A stretch of DNA of 64,000 bases from the NCBI GenBank assembly GCA_032718475.1, contig JAUCBJ010002155.1, positions 1 through 64,000 of the forward strand, written 5' to 3'. This stretch comes from Nemertoderma westbladi. Its lineage: Eukaryota > Animalia > Xenacoelomorpha. Position 1 is the stretch's first letter. The number at the start of each line of letters is the position of its first letter. The notes below the pieces were generated by a model, which was not told the DNA's origin, did no database searches, and saw nothing but the letters and a program-made list of their open reading frames with translations. A program made the position numbers and the translations under genes. Shown here one piece after another: positions 62,051 through 64,000 of this stretch.

Positions 62051-62545
62051 ACATTTATTATAGGAAGGGATCTAGGGGTCTTAACCTCGAATGATAAGTT
62101 TATTTTACCGAAAATAACTCATCTTTTATTGGCGCAATTGTAGGACTAATCCCATCACATGCGTACTTTTTAACCGGGTAGTGTACAAATTTAGGAAACG
62201 CGTAATTTTTCTTAAAATTAATATCTCATATCTCTCCAAACCACGTACGCGTTTCGACCTTACTGGGTCTCATCAGCGTGGTGTCGGATTCGAAGTTGGA
62301 ACCTCGAGGTGGAAGCCGAGACTACAACCACTAGGCCACAGGTTCTTGAGATATGGAGTATTAATTTCAAAGACAGCTGCCATTTTATTAGCCCCTGATT
62401 TTTATTATTGATAGTAACAATGAGTTGGCAAGCTGTATTTTTAGATTTTTATTTTTTAAGACCCCTAGATCCCTTCCTATAATAAATGTACAATAACAAA
62501 TACCTCGAAAAATACAGCTTGCCAACACATTGTTACTATCAATAA
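62051..62545 (-). mobile_element. Non-autonomous Penelope-like / retrozyme-like insertion with an inverted terminal piece
   Basis: 12-bp direct repeat TAGTTGGGACAT (62039-62050, 62546-62557); internal hammerhead ribozyme; 62456-62547 is an inverted copy of the unit's own two ends. Confidence 0.75.
62241..62281 (-). ncRNA. Minimal type I hammerhead ribozyme
   Basis: Minus strand reads CCACG CTGATGA GACC CAGTAA GGTC GAA ACGCGT A CGTGG: intact core, stem I CCACG/CGTGG, stem II GACC/GGTC, palindromic stem III ACGCGT and a GUA cleavage triplet. Confidence 0.92.
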
Positions 62546-62629
62546 TAGTTGGGACATGGGAAACTGGTTCGAATGATCAGCCCTCAGTAATAAAATTTCT
62601 ACGAATAATTAATTTGCATTGTTTACGGA

Positions 62630-63020
62630 ACGAGTACGGACGAGAAATATCCGCGTCACATTTAGTTTATGCCCTGAAATTTGGCGGCAAATTGTTTATG
62701 CATTTAAATTTCGCGGCACGTTTAGTTTATACCGTGAACTGTCGCAGCACATTAATTTTATGTCGTAAATTTTTTCGACACTTTTGTTATATGCCGTGAA
62801 AATTCGCGGCACTTTTAGGCCTAGTTGATTACGTGAAACTTTGCGGCACATTTATTTCGTGTCGTAAAATTATGTGGCACATAAGTTTACTGTGCCTGCC
62901 ATGACATTTAGCTGGACATTCAGTTTATGCCGTGAAATATGTGACATATTCACTATGCCGCGAGAAATCTAGGCACGTTTATATCAGAAAATTTTGCGGA
63001 AGGTTTAGTTTGTGACGCGA
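62630..63020. repeat. Diverged tandem repeat (GCCGTGAAA.TTTGCGGCAC core)
   Basis: About ten degenerate units visible. Confidence 0.6.
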
Positions 63021-64000
63021 AGTTATTGAAATTTAACAGGATATCTTTTCTTGTTGCAACCGGTTCAATATCGATTAATACGATTTATTAAAATGCTTGG
63101 CAATCCCGGTTTATCAAAACCGACCATAGGTATCTCAAAATTAAATTAGTACGGTATCATCGATGTAGAATAATTAGGGGGGTGGTGGTAACAATTTATA
63201 TTTAGGTTGTTTAATAAATAAGTTAACAATATTGTTAAACGATATGATAACGATAACCAACATAGATACAGTCTTGGCATCGTCAAAATAATACAGCCTT
63301 TAAAATGTAAATGTTGTTTAACTGAAATACAACCAATAAATATTTAAATGGCGGAGATCAAATTGCATAAATAAAAAAATATGGGTTGTAAATAAAGACA
63401 TACCGTATACATTCAACTTATACAACTGCTAAACCATCAACTGCAACAAATAAATTAATGACATATAAATTATTAAATAATATTACAGAAACTGAAACTA
63501 ACAACAAGGCGGAAATATATTGAACTAATAATTAAATATAATCTAAATTATAACATTGTTGTATCTTTTGCACAAAATGTGGCATCTGGAGCAAATTCAG
63601 CACCATGATTTCAAATACCATCTTAAAATAATACAATTTTAATAAATAAAACCAATTGAATGTGAAACAACTTTTAAACTTAGTAAACTTCTTCGTGAGC
63701 GCCACAACAACGTCCATGTAGTGTGTGACTAAAAGTAAAAGCTACAATTCGCGAAAAACTAAAAGCAGACACAGGCGGGGCGAATACAAGACCAGACTGG
63801 GTCATAAAAATTGTTAACTAACAGGCATTAATAATTTATCTAAATAAACGACTTTTAGTACCAGCTAAGAAGCCTCTAACATTGATAGAAGTCTTTGTTT
63901 CGCTTTCTTAGTGAGATGCGAAGAAGCTAAGCAATTAACTAAACCAACCAACTGTTTAGTAGTGTAACTCTCTCGGTGTTCCTTCAACCATTTCTCCAAC

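Overview
AT-rich, transposon-dense region of an invertebrate animal genome; I cannot identify the species. Host genes are few: an intronless ARHGAP18/28/40-type RhoGAP (4402-6669, -), an intronless PEX16 (57730-58920, -), a small single-TM ORF (51155-51520) and a spliced signal-peptide + LRR gene with one frameshift (28281-31665). Mobile DNA makes up most of the rest. (1) A full-length Ty3/Gypsy LTR retrotransposon (38862-49724; AACT TSD, tRNA-Pro PBS) whose pol is cleanly split by a CACTG-ended DNA element carrying a decayed zinc-ribbon...PWWP gene. (2) An IS3EU-type element (34933-37188) with remnants of a DDE transposase and a HECT ligase C-lobe, plus a related MITE. (3) A nested cluster of non-autonomous TIR elements at 8.7-19.9 kb, including three unrelated elements that share CAGT...ACTG ends and 5-bp TSDs. 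(4) A Penelope/retrozyme-like insert with a minimal hammerhead ribozyme (62241-62281, -). (5) SINEs, LINE fragments, minisatellites and many long G/C homopolymers. All calls come from reading the sequence by eye; no database searches were run.
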